Origin: Eledone cirrhosa
Lineage: Eukaryota
Assembly: GCA_964016885.1 (NCBI GenBank)
Contig: OZ024744.1
Coordinates: 22,568,001 to 22,632,000 of the forward strand
Direction of reading: 5' to 3'
Length of the DNA stretch: 64,000 nt
A program made the position numbers and the translations under genes. The notes below the pieces were generated by a model. It saw nothing but the letters and a program-made list of their open reading frames with translations, was not told the DNA's origin and made no database searches. Positions 37,401 through 54,205 of this stretch are shown in pieces; positions within the stretch are counted from its first letter, which is position 1, and each line of letters begins with the position of its first letter.

Positions 37401-40400
37401 GTGTGGTGTATGATACTGTTGATGTGGTGTATGGTAGTGTTGGTGTGGTGTATTATAGTGTTGGTGTGGTCGTGTATGGTAGTGTTGGTGTGGTGTATGT
37501 TAGTGTTGGTCTGGTGGTGTATGGTAGAGGTGGTGTGATGTATGGTAGTGTTGGTGTGGTGGTGTATGTTAATCTTGATGTGGTGTATGGTAGTGTTGAT
37601 GTGGTGGTGTATGGTAGTGTTGTTGTGGTGTATGGAAGTGTTGTTGTGGTGTATGGTAGTGTTGGTGTGGTAGTGTATGGTAGTGTTGGTGTGGTATATG
37701 GTAGTGTGTGTGTGGTGTATGGTAGTGTTGGTGTGGTGGTGTACGGTAGTGTTGGTGTGGTGTATGGTAGTGTGGTGTGGTGGTGTATGGCAGTGTTGAT
37801 GTGGTGGTGTATGGTAGTGTTGGTGTGGTGTATGGTAGTGTTGGTGTGGTGTATGGTAGTGTTGGTGTGGTGTATGGTAGTATTGGTGTGGTGTATGGTA
37901 GTGTTGGTGATGTGTATGCTAATTTTGGTGTGGTGTATGGTAATGTTGGTGTGGTGTATGGTAGTGTTTGTGTGGTGGTGTATGGTAGTGCTGGTGTGGT
38001 GGTGTATGGTAGTATTGGTGTTGTGTATGGTAGCGTTGGTGTTGTGTATGGTAGTGTTGGTGTGGTGGTGTATGGTAGTGTTGGTGTGGTGTATGGTAGT
38101 GTTGGTGTTGTGTATGGTAGTGTTGGTGTGGTGTATGGTAGTGTTGGTGTGGTGTATGGTAGTGATGGTGTTGTGTATGGTAGTGTTGGTGTGGTGGTGT
38201 ATGGTAGTATTGGTGTTGTGTATGGTAGCGTTGTTGTTGTGTATGGTAGTGTTGGTGTGGTGTATGGTAGTGTTGGTGTGGTGTATGATAGTGTTGGTGT
38301 GGTGTATGGTAGTGTTGGTGTGGTGTATGGTAGTGTTGGTGTAGTGTGTATCGTAGTGTAGGTGTGGTGTATGGTAGTGTTGGTGTGGTGTATGGTAGTG
38401 TTGGTGTGGTATATGGTAGAGTTGGTATGGTGTATGGTAGTGTAGGTATGGTGTATGGTAGTGTTGGTGTGGTGTATGGTTGTGCTGGTGTGATGTATGG
38501 TAGTGTTGGTGTGGTGTATGGTAGTGTTGGTGTGGTGTATGGTAGTGTTGGTGTGGTGTTTGGTAGTGTTGGTGTGGTGGTGTATGGTAGTGCTGGTGTG
38601 GTGTATGGTAGTGTTGGTGTTGTGTATGGTAGTTTTGGTGTGGTGTATGGTAGTGTTGGTGTAGTGTGTATGGTAGTGTTGGTGTGGTGTATGGTAGTGT
38701 TGGTGTGGTGGTGTATGGTAGTGTTGGTGTGGTGTATGGTAGTGTTGGTGTAGTGTGTATCGTAGTGTAGGTATGGTGTATGGTAGTGTTTGTGTGGTGG
38801 TGTATGGTAGTGTTGGTATGGTGTATGGTATTGTAGGTATGGTGTATGGTAGTGTTGGTATGGTGTATGGTAGTGTAGTTATGGAGTATGGTAGTGTTTG
38901 TGGGGTGGTGTATGGTAGTGTTGCTATGGTGTATGGTAGTGTTGGTGTGTTGTATGGTAGTGTTTGTATGGTGTATAGTAGTGTTGGTGTGGTGCATGTT
39001 AGTGTTGGTGACGTGTATGGTAGTGATGGTGTGATGTACGGTAGTGTTAGTGTGGTGGTATATGGTAGTGTTGGTGTGGTATATGGTAGTGTTGGTGTGG
39101 TGTATGATACTGTTGGTGTTGTGTATGGTAGTGTTGGTGTGATGTACGGTAGTGTTAGTGTGGTGGTATATGGTAGTGTTGGTGTGGTGTATGGTAGTGT
39201 TGGTGTGGTTTATGGTAGTGTTGGTGTGGTGTATGGTAGTGTTGGTGTGGTGTATGGTAGTGTTGGTGTGGTGTATGGTAGTGTTGGTGTGGTGTATGAT
39301 ACTGTTGGTGTTGTGTATGGTAGTGTTGGTGTGATGTACGGTAGTGTTAGTGTGGTGGTATATGGTAGTGTTGGTGTGGTGTATGGTAGTGTTGGTGTGT
39401 TGTATGGTAGTGTTGGTGTGGTGTATGGTAGTGTTGGTGTGGTGTATGGTAGTGTTGGTGTGGTGTATGGTAGTGTTGGTGTGGTGTATGGTAGTGTTGG
39501 TGTGGTGTATGATAGTGTTGGTGTGGTGTATGGTAGTGTTGGTGTGATGTATGGTAGTGTTGGTGTGGTGTATGGTAGTGTTGTTGTGGTGTATGGCAGT
39601 GTTGGTGTTGTGTATGGTAGTGTTGCTGTGGTGTATGGTAGTGTTGGTGTGGTGTATGATAGAGTTGGTGTGGTGTATGATAGTGTTGGTGTTGTGTATG
39701 GTAGTGTTGGTGTGATGTACGGTAGTTTTAGTGTGGTGGTATATGGTAGTGTTGGTGTGGTGTATGGTAGTGTTGGTGTGGTGTATGGTAGTGTTGGTGT
39801 GGTGTATGGTAGTGTTGGTGTGGTGTATGGTAGTGTTGGTGTGCTGTATTATAGTGTTGGTGTGGTATATGGTAGTGTTGGTGTGGTGTATGGTAGTGTT
39901 GGTGTGGTGTATGGTAGTGTTGGTGTGGTTGGTGTGGTGTATGATAGTGTTGGTGTGGTGTTTTTGTAGTGTTGGTGTGGTGGTGTATGGTAGTGTTGGT
40001 GTGGTGTATGATAGTGTTGGTGTGGTGTATGGTGGTGTTGATGTGGTGCATGGTCGTGTTGGTGTGGTGTATAGTAGTGTTGGTGTGGTGGTTGGTAGTG
40101 TTGGTGTGGTGTATGATAGTGTTGGTGTTGTGTATGGTAGTGTTGGTGTGATGTACGGTAGTGTTAGTGTGGTGGTATATGGTAGTGTTGGTGTGGTGTA
40201 TGGTAGTGTTGGTGTGGTGTATGGTAGTGTTGGTGTGGTGTATGGTAGTGTTGGTGTGGTGTATGGTAGTGTTGGTGTGGTGTATGGTAGTGTTGGTGTG
40301 GTGGTATATGGTAGTGTTGGTGTGGTGTATGGTAGTGTTGGTGTGGTGTATGGTAGTGTTGGTGTGGTGTATGGTAGTGTTGGTGTGATGTACGGTAGTG

Positions 40401-43400
40401 TTAGTGTGGTGGTATATGGTAGTGTTGGTGTGGTGTATGGTAGTGTTGGTGTGATGTACGGTAGTGTTAGTGTGGTGGTATATGGTAGTGTTGGTGTGGT
40501 GTATGGTAGTGTTGGTGTGGTTTATGGTAGTGTTGGTGTGGTGTATGGTAGTGTTGGTATGGTGTAAGGTAGTGTTGGTGTGGTGTATGGTAATGTTGGT
40601 GTGGTGTTTGGTAGTGTTGGTGTGGTGTATGGTAGTGTTGGTTTGGTGTATGGTAGTGTTGGTGTGTGGTATGTCAGTATTGGTGTGGTGTATGCTAGTG
40701 TTGGTGTGGTGGTGTATGTTAATCTTGATGTGGTGTATGGTAGTGTTGATGTGGTGGTGTATGGTAGTGTTGTTGTGGTGTATGGAAGTGTTGTTGTGGT
40801 GTATGGTAGTGTTGGTGTGGTAGTGTATGGTAGTGTTGGTGTGGTATATGGTAGTGTGTGTGTGGTGTATGGTAGTGTTGGTGTGGTGGTGTACGGTAGT
40901 GTTGGTGTGGTGTATGGTAGTGTGGTGTGGTGGTGTATGGCAGTGTTGATGTGGTGGTGTATGGTAGTGTTGGTGTGGTGTATGGTAGTGTTGGTGTGGT
41001 GTATGGTAGTGTTGGTGTGGTGTATGGTAGTATTGGTGTGGTGTATGGTAGTGTTGGTGTGGTGTATGGTAGTGTGGTGTGGTGTATGGTAGTGTTGGTA
41101 TGGTGTATGGTAGTGTTGGTGTGGTGTATGGTAGCTTTGGTGTGGTGGTGTATGGCAGTGTTGGTGTGGTGTATGGTAGTGTTGTTGTGGTGTATGGTAG
41201 TGTTGGTGTGGAGTATGGTAGTGTTGGTGTGGTGTATGGTAGTGTTGGTGTGGTGTATGGTAGAGTTCGTGTGGTGAATGGTAGTGTTGGTGTGGTGGTG
41301 TATGGTAGTGCTGGGGTGGTGTATGGTAGTGTATGTGTGGTATATGGTAGTGTTGGTGTGGTGTATGGTAGTGTTGGTGTGGTGTATGGTAGTGTTGGTG
41401 TGGTTGTGTATGGTAGTGTTGGTGTGATGTATGGTAGTGTATGTGTGGTATATGGTAGTGTTGGTGTGGTGTATGGTAGTGTTGGTGTGGTGTATGGTAG
41501 TGTGGGTGTGGTGGATGGCCGTGTTGGTGTGGTGTATAATAGTGTTGGTTTGGTGTATGGTAGTGATGGTGTGGTGTATGGTAGTGTTGGTGTGGTGTAT
41601 GATAGTGTTGGTGTGGTCGCGTATGGTAGTGTTGCTGTGGTGGTGTATGGTAGTGTTGGTGTGGTGTATGGTAGAGTTGATGTGGGGTATGGTAGTTTTG
41701 GTGTGATGGTGTATGGTAGTGTTGGTGTGACGTATGGTAATATTGGCGTGTTGTATATTAGTGTTCGTGTGGTTTATGGTAGTGTTGGTGTGGTGTATAG
41801 TAGTGTTGGTGTGGTGTATTGTAGTGTTGGTGTGGTGCATTGTAGTGTTGGTGTGGTGTATAGTAGTGTTGGTGTGGTGTATGCTACTGTTGGTGTTGTG
41901 TATGGTAGTGTTCGTGTGGTGTATTGTAGTGTTGGTGTGGTGTATTGTAGTGTTGGTGTGGTGTATAGTAGTGTTGGTGTGGTGTATGGTGCTGTTGGTG
42001 TTGTGTATGGTAGTGTTGTTGTGGTGATGTATGGTAGTGATGGTGTGGTGTATGGTAGTGTTGGTGTGGTGTTTGGTAATATTGGTGTGGTGTATGGTAG
42101 TGTTGGTGTGGTGTATGGTAGTGTTGGTGTGGTGTATGGTACTGTTGGTGTTGTGTATGGTAGTGTTGTTGTGGTGATGTATGGTAGTGTTGGTGTGGTG
42201 TATGGTAGTGTTGGTGTGGTGTTTGGTAGTATTGGTGTGGTGTATGGAAGTGTTGGTGTGGTGTATGGTAGTGTTGGTGTTGTGTATGGTAGTGTTGGTG
42301 TGGTGTATGGTAGTGTTGGTGTGGTGTATAGTAGTGTTGGTGTGGTGTATGGTAGTGTGTATGTGGTGTATGGTAGTGTTGGTGTGGTATATGGTAGTGT
42401 GTATGTGGTGTATGGTAGTGTTGTGGTCGTGTATGGTAGTGTTGGTGTGGTGTATTGTAGTGTTGGTGTGGTGTATGGTAGTGTTGGTGTGGTGTATGAT
42501 AGTGTTGGTGTGATGTATAGTAGTGTTGGTGTGGTGTATGTTAGTGATGGTGTGGTGTACGGTAATGATGGTGTGGTGGTGTATGGTAGCGTTGGTGTGA
42601 TGTATGGTAGTGTTGATGTGCTGTATGATAGTATTGGTGTGGTGTATGGTAGTGTTGGTGTGATGGTGTATGGTAGTGTTGGTGTGGTGTATGGTAGTGT
42701 TGGTGTGGTGGTGTATGGTAGTGTTGGTGTGGTGTATGGTAGTATTGGTGTGGTGTATGGTAGTGTTGGTATGATGGTGTATGGTAGTCTTGGTGTGGTG
42801 TATGGTAGTGTTGGTGTGGTGTATGGTAGTGTTGGTGTGGTGTATGGTAGTGTTGGTGTGGTGTTTGGTAGTGTTGGTGTGGTGGTGTATGGTAGTGCTG
42901 GTGTGGTGGTGTATGGTAGTATTGGTGTTGTGTATGGTAGCGTTGGTGTTGTGTATGGTAGTGTTGGTGTGGTGGTGTATGGTAGTGTTGGTGTGGTGTA
43001 TGGTAGTGTTGGTGTTGTGTATGGTAGTGTTGGTGTGGTGTATGGTAGTGTTGGTGTGGTGTATGGTAGTGATGGTGTTGTGTATGGTAGTGTTGGTGTG
43101 GTGGTGTATGGTAGTATTGGTGTTGTGTATGGTAGCGTTGTTGTTGTGTATGGTAGTGTTGGTGTGGTGTATGGTAGTGTTGGTGTGGTGTATGATAGTG
43201 TTGGCGTGGTGTATGGTAGTGTTGGTGTGGTGTATGGTAGTGTTGGTGTAGTGTGTATCGTAGTGTAGGTGTGGTGTATGGTAGTGTTGGTGTATGGTAG
43301 TGTTGGTGTGGTATATGGTAGAGTTGGTATGGTGTATGGTAGTGTAGGTATGGTGTATGGTAGTGTTGGTGTGGTGTATGGTTGTGCTGGTGTGATGTAT

Positions 43401-45300
43401 GGTAGTGTTGGTGTGGTGTATGGTAGTGTTGGTGTGGTGTATGGTAGTGTTGGTGTGGTGTTTGGTAGTGTTGGTGTGGTGGTGTATGGTAGTGCTGGTG
43501 TGGTGTATGGTAGTGTTGGTGTGGTGTATGGTAGTGTTGGTGTGGTGTATGGTAGTGTTGGTGTTGTGTATGGTAGTGTTGGTGTGGTGTATGGTAGTGT
43601 TGGTGTGCTTTATGGTAGTGTTGGTGTGGTGTATGGTAGTGTTGGTGTGGTGTATGGTAGTATTGGTGTGGTGTATGGCAGCGTTGGTGTGGTGTATGGT
43701 AGTGTTGCTGTGGTGTATGGTAGTGTTGGTGTGGTGTATGTTAGTGTTGGTGTGGTGTATGGTAGTGTAGGTGTGATGTATGGTAGTGTTGGTGTGATGT
43801 ATGGTTGTGTTGGTGTGGTGTATGGTAGTGTTGGTGTGGTGTATGGTAGTGTTGGTGTGGTGTATGGTAGTGTTGGTGTGATGTATGGTAGTGTTGGTGT
43901 GGTGTATGGTAGTGTTGGTGTGGTGTATGTTAGTGTTGGTGTGGTGTTTGGTAGTGTTGGTGTGGTGTATGGTAGTGTTGGTGTGGTGTATGTTAGTGTT
44001 GGTGTGGTGTATGGTAGTGTTGGTGTGGTGTATGATAGTGCTGTTGTGGTGTTTGGTAGTGTTGGTGTGGTGTATGGTAGTGTTGGTGTGGTGTATGTTA
44101 GTGTTGGTGTGGTGTATGGTAGTGTTGGTGTGGTGTATGGTAGTGTTGGTGTGGTGTATGGTAGTGTTGGTGTGGTGTATGGTAGTGTTGGTGTGGTATA
44201 TGGTAGTGTTGGTGTGGTGTATGGTAGTGTTGGTGTGGTGTATGGTCGTGTTGGTGTGGCTTATGGTAGTGTTGGTGTGGTTTATGGTAGTGTTGGTGTG
44301 GTGTATGGTAGTGTTGTTGTGGTGATGTATGGTAGTGTTGGTGTGGTGTATGGTAGTGTTGGTGTGGTGTATGATAGTGCTGTTGTGGTGTTTGGTAGTG
44401 TTGGTGTGGTGTATGGTAGTGTTGTGTGGTGTATGTTAGTGTTGGTGTGGTGTATGGTAGTGGTGGTGTGGTGTATGGTAGTGTTGGTGTGGTGTATGGT
44501 AGTGTTGGTGTGGTGTATGGTAGTGTTGGTGTGATGTATGGTAGTGTTGGTGTGGTGTATGGTAGTGTTGGTGTGGTGTATGGTAGTGTTGGTGTGATGT
44601 ATGGTAGTGTTGGTGTGGTTTATGGTAGTGTTGGTGTGGTGTATGGTAGTGTTGTTGTGGTGATGTATGGTAGTGTTGGTGTGGTGTATGGTAGTGTTGT
44701 TGTGGTGATGTATGGTAGTGTTGGTGTGGTGTATGGTAGTGTTGGTGTGGTGTATGGTAGTGTTGGTGTGGTTTATGGTAGTGTTGGTGTGGTGTATGAT
44801 AGTGTTGGTGTGATGTATGGTAGTGTTGGTGTGGTGGTGTATGGTAGTGTTGGTGTGGTGTATGGTAGTGTTGGTGTGGTTGGTGTGGTGTATGATAGTG
44901 TTGGTGTGGTGTTTGGTAGTGTTGGTGTGGTGGTGTATGGTAGTGTTGGTGTGGTGTATGATAGTGTTGGTGTGATGTATGGTAGTGTTGGTGTGGTGGT
45001 GTATGGTAGTGTTGGTGTGGTGTATGGTAGTGTTGGTGTGGTTGGTGTGGTGTATGATAGTGTTGGTGTGGTGTTTTTGTAGTGTTGGTGTGGTGGTGTA
45101 TGGTAGTGTTGGTGTGGTGTATGATAGTGTTGGTGTGGTGTATGGTAGTGTTGATGTGGTGCATGGTCGTGTTGGTGTGGTGTATAGTAGTGTTGGTGTG
45201 GTGGTGTATGGTAGTGTTGGTGTGGTGTATGATAGTGTTGGTGTGGTGTATGGTAGTTTTGGTATGGTGATGTATGGTAGTGTTCTTATAGTAGGGTTGT
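28403..45300. repeat. About 16.9-kb satellite, 21-bp monomer ggtgtggtgtatggtagtgtt (24-bp and 16-bp variants)
   Basis: Read directly; about 800 units by length; very C-poor plus strand. Confidence 0.98.
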
Positions 45301-45369
45301 TGTTGTAGTGTGGTGGTATATAAAGGTGTTGTCGTACTTTTTTGTTTGTGTGACGTCTGCCTTTGGTGT

Positions 45370-45640
45370 CGTATTCTCTTTAATAGTGTTGATGTGATTA
45401 TTGTGTTGTTGTGTAGTGTCTGTTATCTCCTCTATTATGTAGTTGTGAGTATTGTGTAGTTGTTGTGTGGTGTGTGTTGTATTCTCTATCATAATGTTGT
45501 GAGTATCGTGTAGTTGTTTTGTGGTGTTTGTTGTATTCTCTATCATAATGTTGTGAGTATTGTGTAGGTGTAGTGTGGTGTGTGTTGTGTTCTCTATCAT
45601 AATGTTGTTGTAAGTATTGTGTAGTTGTGGTGTGGTGTTT
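45370..45640. repeat. 54-bp minisatellite bordering the 21-bp satellite
   Basis: ttctctatcataatgttg at about 45482, 45536 and 45590, with more degenerate units upstream. Confidence 0.8.
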
Positions 45641-46168
45641 GTTATGATAGTTCCAAATATGGAAATGTTACACTATTATATTAATATGCTAGCAACACTT
45701 CTTGCCACTTTTATTTTTTATTGTCCTTATTTTTCCATTTGTTTTGGCTGTTGTGTTTGCTGTTGTTTTCGATGTTGTTATTGTCGTTGTTTTTTATGTT
45801 GTTTTTGCTGTTGTTTTTTATATATTCATTATTATTATTTTGCTCTTTATTTTTGTATGATTCATTTATTTCGTATGCATATTGAATCGTCTTATACCTG
45901 ACTAACACATGATGTTTAGGCATTTCATAAAATACTTTCACTTCTCTATATTTCCCCTTTAGTCAATTATTATGAAAAAAAAAGGAAACAAAGAAGAAAA
46001 AACATCACAATATGAATAATATAAATATAAAAATTAACAAAGAGAAGAAAAAAAAAACAAAATACATAAAAGTAAAAACCGAATCGAAACGAAATTTCAG
46101 TAACTTTTGTTATTTTCATTTAGATTTAAAATATGGCGCTGTTATTTTTTTAATTTCTTGCGTCTTCT

Positions 46169-47575
<1,407 letters not shown>

Positions 47576-49452
47576 AGAACACAGAAATGATTTATTTTCG
47601 TAGGCTGCAGATATATAAAATATGAAATGAAAAAAAGAAAAGATATTTTTAAAAAAGCCCAACAACAACAAGTAATAAATAAAAACAGTTATTTGTAGAA
47701 ATATGTCCTATAGTATTGTGTCAATAAAATGTAGTATCGTATAGTTACTAATTCTTCGATTTCTATATCTAGAAGCATTTAACAGCCGAAAATGAAAGTG
47801 GAAGTTAAATTTAATGAAGTATTGTTGTTGCCTTTTTTTCCTTTTATGTTTTCTTGGTTTGTTTTTTGTCTTTTGTTTGTTTGTTTTTTGTTGTTTTTTT
47901 GTGTGTGTGGAGGGGTGATTCTTCAACTGTATCTTCTTAGAAAATCTGCCATTGTTTTGGTGGTGGTGGTGGTGTTGATTCTTCAGCTCTATCTTAGAAA
48001 ATTTGCCAGAGTTTAGAAATTAACCGTCTTTAGAAATAATGACTCTTTTTTTTTGGAGGGGGGGGGGGTTGTTTCTTTGTTTTCTATGTTTATTTTTGTC
48101 GTTTTACTCGGCACCATGGTCAGATTCATGTCTGGTGTGGAATATTACCGATTACATTTATTCTACTTTCCTATTTTACTAATTGCATTGTATGATGTTT
48201 TATTTAGTATTTGAATGAGGAAATTGACAGTAGTTAATTTAGAAGACGTATATGTAAAAGGACACAGTAGAGACAAACTCACCACTCGAAAGTCTATTTT
48301 GTTTATATAATTGGAATGGTCAGTCTCTATACATATCCGAAGTAGGAGTGTCACGTGATATAATCTTTATCACAGGATGTTACAGATAGGATGTCGTTAT
48401 GGCTCAGCTGAAGACACTTCATGGGAGTGACATTAGAGGATTTGATTTTACCATCTCAAGTCAAGTAAAATTTACTTTTAAAGATAGCATGCTGTAGTGT
48501 ACAACTGTGTTGTTGTTCTGTTGTATTTTTCCTGTACCAAATTTAGAGTTACCAAAGACCTACTGTATATTTTGAAAAAAAACAATTAGGATGGTTTTAT
48601 AATTAAAGGAATGATTATGGAATAGAGAACTTCATGGCGTCCCTGGAAACAGTAAATAAATGGAGGAGATGCCACTGGAATGTCTTAAATTCAATGAGAG
48701 ACAGGAACTGCTGATGGCTCTATTTACAAGCAGCTTGCCGCATGCTCAGCATGGCTTACCCTGCAAACTACAAAACTACCATTTGATTGAGTCGGCATAT
48801 ATTTTTTCTTAATCAGCGAATCTGCACTTTCTTCTATTTTTTTTCTATTCAATGGAAAAATAAAAAGTAGTGTGAAAGAAAAGTGTATATTTTTATCCAT
48901 AAACAGCTAAATAAATCATTGTTAGCTGTAAGATATAACTGCCGTTAATCTGCTTTTACTATCTTTTATGAAATTCACAGAAGAAAACTTTTTATAGTTT
49001 CAAGCTTGAGTAAAGAAGAAAAATATGTTTTAAGTTTTTGATATTGTTTTCTGTCTTATTGAGTAACATATCTCGATTTAAAGCTAATAACCTACAACAT
49101 GTGTATGTGTATGTATGTTTGTTTGGTTGTTTGTTTATTTATATGTATGTATATATATATGTATGTATATGTATGTATGTATGTAGGTATGTATGTAAGT
49201 ATTTATGTATGTTTGTTTATATGCATGTACATAAGTATATATGTATGTTTATACGTACGTACATATATATGTATGTATGTATATATGTATGTATATGTGT
49301 GGGTATATATATATGTATGTATATATGCTTGTATGTATGCTTCTCTCTTTTAATTTTGAGTTTATTTTTGACTGGCCATCTTCCCGGTGGCAAAGCTGTA
49401 AAGAAAAGGAAATTGTCGACGTCTCTGTTGTACTTGTTCATCTTTTGAATAT

Positions 49453-51085
49453 TTAGAATGTTTTACTTATTTTGAAAGTTCCAGCTATCACAGTCTTTTG
49501 TAGTTTACGTCCTTTGTCCACAAATCCAAGTTCAGTTATACTTTGGTCCAAGCGGGTTGTTATATAATCTATAGCTCCAATAATAATGGTATGAAGCTGA
49601 AGGTGTATATTGGATACTGGATCTGCAGACTCCTCATCAATGTTCCGTAGATGTCCTCCTTCTCTTGCATCATTTTTCTTACAACGTTGACACCAAGTGG
49701 GTAGCTGACTTCTACAATAGAGCATGTTTTAATGTGTGGTCCCAAACAACAATATCAGGCCGGTTGTGCTTTAATTTGGTGGCAGATTTTATTTTCAGGT
49801 CTCACCAGTATTCCTTAGTGCCACCTATCTCAACATATTCCCCCCTATTTGATTTGATTTTACTCTTCTGTAATGCCTTCCAGGTCGTTCTATCTATCAT
49901 ATCTTGTCTCATGGCAAGTTAATAACGAGAAGACATTTTTCACAGTTGGCAATAATATGGCTAACAACTTCAATCTTTGTTTTTCTCAGTCTACATTTAC
50001 TGTCAATTGATGACCTTCCTCTTTTGTGTAGTAGGTACTTGGTGGGGGTTTCTTGTTTCTGGATTGATTGGAAATATCCTTCAAAGTGGGATAAACTTTT
50101 TAGAACTGTATGTGAGGCTTTTAGTATGGTTTTTCCCGTCTATAGTCGTTGATGTTCGTCTGAACAACCCATACACACCCATCTCAGTGAATTGGGCTAT
50201 TATTTGTTTTGTTTGAGTATTGAGTAATCTTCCAATATTCCTGGAAGAGATTAGGTTTTATTTTATGTCTTTCTTCTAGATCAGTGGCTATCCAAATATT
50301 ATTTCCTTCATGCTCATAGACCTGGCAAGATGGCTGCTGACCTTTTTCTTGTGTTGAGGATGTTGTTTATCCGGGTCTCGTGTGAAGTTAATATAGATTT
50401 TAGGCCCCGGCCACTCTGTACCTGAGAAATATAACATCCCCGTATCACCATTGATGTTTCCAGTAATACTGAACAGCTTGTGAGTCCTTACATCCTCAGA
50501 AATATAACATACCCGTATCACCATTGATGTTTCTAGTAATACTGAGCAGTTTGTAAGACCTTATATCCTTAGAAATATAACATACCCGTTTCACCATTAA
50601 AGTTTACAGTAATACTGAACAGCTTGTGAGTCCTTATATCCTCAGAAATATAACATCCCCGTATCACCATTGATATTTCTAGTAATACTGAACAGCTTGT
50701 GAGTCTTTATATCCTTCTGGTTTAGTTCTAGTAATGATAGTTCAGTCGGCGAAATGTTAGTATGGACAAACAAATGTTACATGGACGATGTGCTTGTAGT
50801 ACGTTGGGAGTTCTGGTGACCATATTCTCTGGTCCTCACCTGAGATATACCTTGCTAGTCCTCTCTTTATTTAAGGATCCATCATATCTGACATTCTTGA
50901 CCAAGATACCTGTAATTGTTTTATTTTCAAAAATGCACATTTGGTCACCCAAAATCCAATCCAATGTCTGTAGCAAATAGTGTAATGAGGTCTAATTACT
51001 TTTTCATGTAATGATTGATATTTAGACCATACAACTTCAGGTGATCAACAAAAATAAAAGATGGGAGTAACTTTTGGATCCAATT
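49453..51085 (-). pseudogene. Second, diverged R4/Dong-like LINE family, heavily decayed
   Basis: Minus-strand remnants FVDHLKLYG, LITLFATDIGLDFG, FEGYF..IQKQE, KHNRPDIVVWD, IIIGA; flanked by ATGT-type tracts at 49097-49340 and 51095-51183. Confidence 0.75.
50425..50715. repeat. Four-copy 73-bp tandem repeat inside the LINE RT region
   Basis: agaaatataacat at 50425, 50498, 50571 and 50644. Confidence 0.92.
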
Positions 51086-51090
51086 CTATG

Positions 51091-51141
<51 letters not shown>

Positions 51142-51183
51142 TGTATGTATGTATGTATGTATGTATGTATGTATGTATGTATG

Positions 51184-51640
51184 AGAGATGACCCCTTAGC
51201 CTTTGTCAAGGCAGAATTTTAGGAGAAGGAAAACTCTGATATAACACCTGCAACCCTGATGGTATCCAATGATGTTGACTTGTTCTTCTTTTTGGTAAAT
51301 ATCATCTTCGTTAAGAGAGTGGGACTGGCTTTGTGCAGTGCCTTTGCTCACTATAAAAGCTTCACGGCACAGGCATTGCTTTATATCTGGATATCTCTCT
51401 GCACTTGTCGTCACATGGTACCATGGGCCCAGCACTATGTGTCAATAATTGTCACAAGTGTAGTGTTTGTACCAGAGTTTTCAAGTCGCTGGCTGGAGTA
51501 AAATGTCACACTCGTTCAGCGCATCGGTAGGGGTTCTCCTACATGGATATAAAGTAGTGGCCGTACTCGAAAACGAGTTGGCAGCCACCATGTATGTATG
51601 TATGTATGTATGTATGTATGTATGTATGTATGTATGTATG
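51184..51640 (+). mobile_element. RTE-derived non-autonomous element, 5'-truncated, between two (ATGT)n tracts
   Basis: Near-identical to 12474-12891. Confidence 0.8.
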
Positions 51641-51983
51641 TATCTCGCTCACATCTCACCCAGGTCGGATGGTCTGTATCTCTCGTCCATGATTTCACCA
51701 AGCTTAAGCTTATAGATATCCTGTACTTGTCTCTTCCTATCTTTCCGTTGCAATACCATCTTTGTTTGTTGACATGTCTCGCTCGCTTCACCCTATTTTA
51801 CTTGTCCCAATAACTTTATTTAGTTATTGCTCGCACCAACCAGAGGTATATGATTTTTAAAGCGATGAAATACCAATGAAGGTTGGAAGATCACTGATGA
51901 AGGACTAATTTTATTCATATGTAACCCATGTGCAACCACGCAACACTCCATTTTTCTTACATGTATGTATGTATGTATATAGA

Positions 51984-52486
51984 AGTCGCTCTCGAGTGAT
52001 ACTGGTAACATGTAACCCAATACAACCTGTCTCATGGTCGGATCGTCGGCGACTAAACCGGCAACCCCACCAAACTTGCTTGGTGAGGAGGGTGGTATTT
52101 GAAATACAAGACCCGGCAAAAGGTGGAGGAACTCAGCAACGTCAACGGCCATCCAAATAGCATTTTTTTCACCTGGGAGTGAAAGATCCCCAGTTGTTGT
52201 CACAAACCCTTTTTTAAGAGTGGGACACTATGAAAAGAAAAAAAAAGCCTGCAGCTTAAGAAGTATCTGATAATGTTGACCAGTTCACCTTTTCGGGTAG
52301 TGTTTTCAATGCTCAGAGAGTGGGATTGGTCGAGTGCACTTAAATAACCTTCAAAGCACATGTATTATTTGTTCAGGATATGTTACAGGTTCGTGTGGCT
52401 GGCCGTAGCCTAAAAGTGTACCAAACTATAATCTGACAAGCGGTTTCAGTTCTCTTAACAGAGTTTGCAGCCATTATGTATGTATG
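51984..52486 (+). mobile_element. RTE-derived non-autonomous element, diverged copy
   Basis: 5' block gtcgctctcgagtg..aacc..ggcgactaaaccggcaacccc; gctcagagagtgggattgg; ends gcagccattatgtatgtatg. Confidence 0.65.
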
Positions 52487-52487
52487 C

Positions 52488-52512
52488 TCTTCTGGTTTTA
52501 TAATTTCACAAA
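52488..52512 (-). mobile_element. Extreme 3'-terminal stub of the R4/Dong family
   Basis: ttctggttttataatttcacaaat is identical to the 3' terminus at 13594-13617 and again lies next to (ATGT)n. Confidence 0.65.
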
Positions 52513-52739
52513 TTATGTATGCATGTAAGTATGTATGTACGGACGGACGTATAAATGAATCCATGGATATATGTATCATGAATATATTTATGTATGCAAA
52601 CATGCATGTATACTTGTTTGTATGTATGCAGTATGTATATATATTTACGTGCTTGTATATATATGCATATGCATGTATACACATATGTTTGTATATATAC
52701 TGTATGTATAAATTGTTTGTATATGGGTTTGAATGTAGG

Positions 52740-54205
<1,466 letters not shown>

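Noticed and set aside
28335-45308. Long ORFs up to 1128 aa (HHTNTTI, VVYGSVG, MVVLVWC repeats)
   Set aside because: By-products of a 21-bp satellite that is stop-free in several frames on both strands; frames shift freely and there is no unique domain or splice structure.
48400-48440. CTGAAGA followed by a small hairpin
   Set aside because: No GAAA or cleavage triplet with a stem I.
48620-48790. GC-richer island with minus-strand splice-like motifs (g|gtaagc, ttccag|g) as a host exon or intron
   Set aside because: No recognisable coding frame; such motifs occur by chance and would need RNA-seq support.
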